From Candidatus Abawacabacteria bacterium RBG_16_42_10 (GTDB taxonomy: Bacteria > Patescibacteriota > Gracilibacteria > RBG-16-42-10), in the NCBI GenBank assembly GCA_001773455.1, contig MEWR01000023.1:50485-96838 (forward strand): 46,354 nucleotides of DNA, written 5' to 3'. Under the pieces are notes generated by a model. That model was not told the DNA's origin. It did no database searches and was given only the letters and a program-made list of their open reading frames with translations. Positions 42,426 through 46,354 of this stretch are shown here, piece by piece. The first letter of the stretch is position 1. The number at the start of each line of letters is the position of its first letter. A program made the position numbers and the translations under genes.

Positions 42426-43034
42426 TTATACAAAGACTCCGAACTTGGTTAACAAAAGCAAACTTGTTCCTGCGGCGAGTGGAATCAAAATATTATCATC
42501 GAGAATTTCATTATTGAAGCGGACTTCGATCGCTTCAAGAAGCATGGCACAACTGCTGGCGATAATTGCTAGCGGTAGCGAAACAAAAAAAGCAGCGCCG
42601 ATCGCACCAGCGACAATGCCGGCTATGGTTTCTTCAATAAGATGTTTATTGCTCAGAGCAGTTTTTCTTTTACTAAAAGGGCGAGCAAGGGCAGCAACAC
42701 CATCTCCCAATGCCAATACCATAATCGCAGCAAGTGCGAAGGGGAGTGGGAAAAGTTCCAAGCTAAGTATCACGCCTATTAAATACGTGATGAAACCTTT
42801 GGCTGGAAAATGTTCAGGGCGGTCAAAATGTTCTAGAAACCAGCCGATAATTGGTAAGCGCTTTTTCCTAGAGAAGAAAGAAAATACAATAGTAATGGCC
42901 AAAACAATAAACAAATAGAACGGTTCTATAATGTTGTAGAAAATGAGTACGCACGTCACTACACCCAAAGTAATATGAATTGCTTTACGAATAAGTTCTT
43001 TTTGATAGGTGCAGTCAGATAGAAAGTGGACCAT
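42426..43034 (-). CDS. Polyprenol/dolichol-kinase or CDP-alcohol-type membrane protein (CTP-transferase family 1-like)
   Basis: Six to seven TM helices. VLALGDGVAALARPFSKRK resembles the dolichol/phytol kinase motif. Assignment is tentative. Confidence 0.45.
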   Translation of the reverse strand: MVHFLSDCTYQKELIRKAIHITLGVVTCVLIFYNIIEPFYLFIVLAITIVFSFFSRKKRLPIIGWFLEHFDRPEHFPAKGFITYLIGVILSLELFPLPFALAAIMVLALGDGVAALARPFSKRKTALSNKHLIEETIAGIVAGAIGAAFFVSLPLAIIASSCAMLLEAIEVRFNNEILDDNILIPLAAGTSLLLLTKFGVFV

Positions 43035-43064
43035 AATTAAGTTCTAAGTTTAAAGTTCTAAATT

Positions 43065-43571
43065 CTAAGTTAGAACCAATGAAGGAGAAATAAAAATAAG
43101 CGTTATGAACGCTAATATTAGACCAATGAAAATGCCGCCGATGACGTCGCTCAGATAGTGCATTTGTATATAGATTCTTCCCAAGCCTACAAGCATAGCC
43201 AGTATTATCCAGACAATTGTAAGTGTAGGGAGATAAATACTAAGGATATATGCTAGTCCAAAAGCGACACTGGCATGCGAACTAGGGAAAGAACTGTCAG
43301 TTTTGCCAAGATAGGTAACATGATTGTGGGGACGGGGACGTAAAATTACCGCTTTCAGAAAATAACCGATACAAATAGTACTGATCGCAAAGAAAGTTAT
43401 TTGAATAATGGCCAGGATACTATTGTTCAAATACAAATACATAATCGGCAATGCATAGAGAGTGATAGCTAAGAAAAAGACATGCGCAGTCATAACAAAG
43501 AACCATTGCCACTTTGGCAAAGATTTTTTATTAAAATGTTTCAACATCAACTCATCTAATTTCCAGGACAT
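43065..43571 (-). CDS. PAP2-family phosphatase
   Basis: KAVILRPRP, FPSSHAS, GRIYIQMHYLSDV (KxxxxxxRP / PSGH / SRxxxxxHxxxD pattern). Confidence 0.8.
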   Translation of the reverse strand: MSWKLDELMLKHFNKKSLPKWQWFFVMTAHVFFLAITLYALPIMYLYLNNSILAIIQITFFAISTICIGYFLKAVILRPRPHNHVTYLGKTDSSFPSSHASVAFGLAYILSIYLPTLTIVWIILAMLVGLGRIYIQMHYLSDVIGGIFIGLILAFITLIFISPSLVLT

Positions 43572-43633
43572 AAATTTCAGATTTGCTTATCAATGCTTGT
43601 ACGGTATTATGAGAACGCGTTTTTCGTCAATAC

Positions 43634-44806
43634 ATGAACACTCGTATTGCCATTGTTGGTGGTGGCGTTGCCGGTTATACAGCTATCGAAACTTTACGGA
43701 GATCTCCTATACAAAGTGACATCAAGTTGATCTGGATTTCACCGAAGCCAAGTTTTGTTTACAAGCCCTTTCTTTTTGATATCTACAGTGGCTATCGCAA
43801 ACTGACTGATTATACCTTTCCTTTCAAAAGTTATTATCAACGTTTTCGTATCGATTTTTCGCCTGGTAAAGTGAAGGAATTTTTGCCTGCTGATACTACT
43901 CTTGTGCTGGATTCAGGACAAAGAATTAATTATGAATATGTAATTCTTGCATCAGGTGAAGAAAGAGTGATGCCTGACATACTTACATCTGAAAATAGTT
44001 TCCTATCGAATACTTCTGATGAATTACAGAAAATAGCTGATCACCTTGATGCTCAATTTCAGTTAGCAAAAAAACAGTTGTCGCTGCTTCGAAAGCCATT
44101 TCTTTCAATCGTTGTGCATGGTAATGATTTATATAGCGTGCAGGTTCTTTTCGCAATTTACAATCTAACTGACTATATTCGAAAGAAATATGACTTACGT
44201 CGCAATGAAATTAGTATTTCATATGTCTCATCTGAAAAAGACTTTGGTGGAGATCTTCCCATCAAGCTGCGAGATATTTTGGAAGAATATGCGAAGGATC
44301 ATGCTATCGATGTTTATCTCCACACGACTATTCAAAAATGGGATGACGGTAAATTGGTTTTGAGTAATGGAACGGTTCTCGAGACCAAGACGTTTATTAC
44401 TAATGGTGAGGCAAGATTGGCAGCTGTCTATCAAAATGCCGGTCTCAAAACAGATCAATTTGGGGGGCTAGAGATCAATAACTTTTTGCAATTAGAAAAG
44501 TTCTACAATGTCTATGCTGCCGGCAGTCTGATCAATCATTACGATTGGCACAAGAAAGAGCGTGTATGGCACACTTTTAGTAATGCGGAGGATCAGGCAA
44601 GGTTGGCTGCTCTCAATGTCATTGCTGAAATTCGTGGTAAAAATAAACTCACATACAAGCCGAAAAATAATGTCGAGTTCATTCCTGTTAATGATCAATT
44701 ATGTATCGGTATGTATGGTGACAATGTTTATTTCAATTCAATCATGAATTATACTCGCGTACTTTTGGCCAAGAAATACTTTTGGCAGTTAACGATGCCA
44801 GAATAA
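43634..44806 (+). CDS. FAD-dependent pyridine-nucleotide oxidoreductase (type II NADH dehydrogenase-like)
   Basis: RIAIVGGGVAGYTA dinucleotide fold at the N-terminus, with size and layout of NDH-2-like enzymes. Confidence 0.6.
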   Translation: MNTRIAIVGGGVAGYTAIETLRRSPIQSDIKLIWISPKPSFVYKPFLFDIYSGYRKLTDYTFPFKSYYQRFRIDFSPGKVKEFLPADTTLVLDSGQRINYEYVILASGEERVMPDILTSENSFLSNTSDELQKIADHLDAQFQLAKKQLSLLRKPFLSIVVHGNDLYSVQVLFAIYNLTDYIRKKYDLRRNEISISYVSSEKDFGGDLPIKLRDILEEYAKDHAIDVYLHTTIQKWDDGKLVLSNGTVLETKTFITNGEARLAAVYQNAGLKTDQFGGLEINNFLQLEKFYNVYAAGSLINHYDWHKKERVWHTFSNAEDQARLAALNVIAEIRGKNKLTYKPKNNVEFIPVNDQLCIGMYGDNVYFNSIMNYTRVLLAKKYFWQLTMPE

Positions 44807-44810
44807 CATC

Positions 44811-45350
44811 ATGACTGCTTTTTTGTTTGTACAAACTGCGTTTAATTATCACGATGTCGCACTTATTGTCGATGGTAAGATTCAGAAACATTGGCATATT
44901 GATGAACAACGCCAAACTCTAAAATTCTTAAGTGGGATTTTACCTGAACTTCATGACCTTGTTTTTGATCATATTGTTTTTGTTCAAGGACCAGGTTCAT
45001 TCACAGCATTGCGCGTTGGTGCTACCTGGGTGAATACATTAGCCTATACAAGAAATGTGCTGATTAAGAACATCTCCACTTTAGATTACTTAGAATTAGC
45101 TGCACCTGAAGAACCTATTATCACCTTTGATGAAAAGCATTACTTTTTACGATCTGGGAGTGAGATTATTGTTATCACAGAGAAACCTAAAAATAAGTTT
45201 ATTCATTATGCTGAAGACCATTTTATTTCCTTTGGATACCCTGAAGACTATTTACCGCAAAAGTTAACTGATTATATTTATCCAGAACCAGTCATGACAA
45301 CTGATGTGTTGTACGTGATTCCACCTAAGATTACATTGCCCACAAAATAA
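44811..45350 (+). CDS. tsaB: tRNA t6A37 complex subunit TsaB-like
   Basis: IVFVQGPGSFTALRVGATWVNTLAY. Confidence 0.65.
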   Translation: MTAFLFVQTAFNYHDVALIVDGKIQKHWHIDEQRQTLKFLSGILPELHDLVFDHIVFVQGPGSFTALRVGATWVNTLAYTRNVLIKNISTLDYLELAAPEEPIITFDEKHYFLRSGSEIIVITEKPKNKFIHYAEDHFISFGYPEDYLPQKLTDYIYPEPVMTTDVLYVIPPKITLPTK

Positions 45351-46006
45351 TGCTCTACATCGTAGCTACGCCAATCGGCAATCTCAAAGACATCACCCTA
45401 CGTGCATTAGATGTGCTAAAGAGTTGTGCCATTATTGCTTGTGAAAATACCCGACATAGCCAGATTTTACTGAAAGAATATGCAATTCAAAAACATATTG
45501 TGAATATTAGTCAGCATAGTTCTGAGCAACAAATTCACAGATTACTGGAAGATGTAAAATCTGGAAAAAATATTGCTTATATCACGGACGCAGGCATGCC
45601 TCTGGTTTCTGATCCCGGATATCTTTTGGTGGCTGGGGCAGTCAAAGAAAAAGTTCCTTTCACTGTTTTACCAGGTCCCAATGCGGCTTTAACTGCTCTG
45701 GTAGCTAGTGGCTTTTTACAAAAAGAATTTTACTTCGGTGGTTTCTTACCATTGAAAAAAGGTCGAAAGAAAACTCTCGAAGGTTTGTTAAATTTAGGCG
45801 TCCCGGTTGTCCTGTACGAGTCGCCGTATAGAATGAATAAGCTTTTAGAAGAGATAGTTACCTTTGGCCATGGTGACAGAAATATCTGTGTCGGTAGAGA
45901 ATTGACCAAGATGTATGAGGAATATATTCGTGGCACTGCGGGCGAGTTGTCCACAAAGTATGCAGGTAAAGAATGGAAGGGTGAGTGCACGGTGGTGATT
46001 GGCTAA
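45350..46006 (+). CDS. rsmI: 16S rRNA (cytidine1402-2'-O)-methyltransferase
   Basis: MLYIVATPIGNLKDITLRALDVLKSCAIIACENTRHSQILL, YITDAGMPLVSDPG, VLYESPYR. Confidence 0.9.
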   Translation: MLYIVATPIGNLKDITLRALDVLKSCAIIACENTRHSQILLKEYAIQKHIVNISQHSSEQQIHRLLEDVKSGKNIAYITDAGMPLVSDPGYLLVAGAVKEKVPFTVLPGPNAALTALVASGFLQKEFYFGGFLPLKKGRKKTLEGLLNLGVPVVLYESPYRMNKLLEEIVTFGHGDRNICVGRELTKMYEEYIRGTAGELSTKYAGKEWKGECTVVIG

Positions 46007-46062
46007 AGCCATTGTTTGACAGTGGGGGAGTGTTTTTTTAAGTTGACTCCTTAATCGTTTTC

Positions 46063-46354
46063 ATGATCGAAACCTCCACCCAGGACATAGGCTTTGAAAG
46101 AGCTGTAGAAAATCGTGTAAAGCGTTGTATTGTGATGAAAAAGCCGAGTTTTGATCCTTTAGCTCAGGACTATTTGCGAGTTTTTTGTGATTTCTTGGAA
46201 ATCTCGGGTGTAGAAGAAGTACGTACGGGAGTTCGTTATGATATTGAGGGGATTGACGGCTCGACTTTTGAGCAAGCTAAAAGAGCTGTTCTCAGTGAGG
46301 CATCAGTAAACGATCTCCATAGTCAGGAAGATTTTTATGATGCTCCCGAGTGGC
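46063..46354 (+). CDS. purL: Phosphoribosylformylglycinamidine synthase (single-chain PurL type), N-terminal fragment running off the window
   Basis: Own translation: MIETSTQDIGFERAVENRVKRCIVMKKPSFDPLAQDYLRVFCDFLEISGVEEVRTGVRYDIEGIDGSTFEQAKRAVLSEASVND. The pattern matches the N-terminal linker domain of large FGAM synthases, from memory. Confidence 0.55.
   Translation, partial: MIETSTQDIGFERAVENRVKRCIVMKKPSFDPLAQDYLRVFCDFLEISGVEEVRTGVRYDIEGIDGSTFEQAKRAVLSEASVNDLHSQEDFYDAPEW

Noticed and set aside
42445-42918. 157-aa plus-strand ORF
   Set aside because: It is antisense to a multi-TM membrane protein gene. Its Ala/Ser-rich product is typical of a shadow ORF.
1-46354. Alternative genetic code (UGA recoded, as in some CPR lineages)
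   Set aside because: Many well-delimited genes end in TGA at the expected length (for example HerA-like at 21930-21932 and Nudix at 22737-22739), and the motifs are complete under the standard code.

Overview
AT-rich, gene-dense bacterial chromosome segment with about 60 CDS and 6 intact tRNA genes. It uses the standard code: TGA acts as a stop, for example in the ATGA overlaps at 21929-21932 and 22736-22739. Most genes are housekeeping: rRNA/tRNA methyltransferases (rlmD, rlmI, rsmI, TrmH-like, tsaB), murA, uppP, rpmB, holA-like, dprA, a DEAD-box helicase, pyruvate kinase, several Nudix hydrolases, an ABC-2 exporter, an orphan RND pump, copper-type cupredoxin lipoproteins and SLH-anchored surface proteins. 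The streamlined enzymes, the C-terminally truncated pyruvate kinase and the small GIY-YIG genes attached to tRNA genes suggest an uncultivated CPR/Patescibacteria-like organism, but that is inference only. I saw no rRNA, CRISPR array, transposase, integrase or reverse transcriptase. The most unusual signal is at two tRNA loci (tRNA-Pro 9893-10845, tRNA-fMet 30250-30746). In each, a ~80-aa GIY-YIG nuclease gene sits directly behind an intact tRNA and is surrounded by truncated copies of that same tRNA. In each stump a GC-rich hairpin with a TGA/TCA loop replaces one strand of the anticodon stem. The Pro locus also carries a perfect 211-bp tandem duplication and a 31-nt inverted-repeat pair. I interpret this as a possibly undescribed tRNA-gene-targeting GIY-YIG/hairpin selfish cassette. 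Secondary items are an HTH-MurA fusion, a HerA-like ATPase without NurA, tandem acidic paralogs next to a frameshifted NYN nuclease gene, a RelB/RelE-like TA pair and a three-gene island of unknowns (2316-6440).
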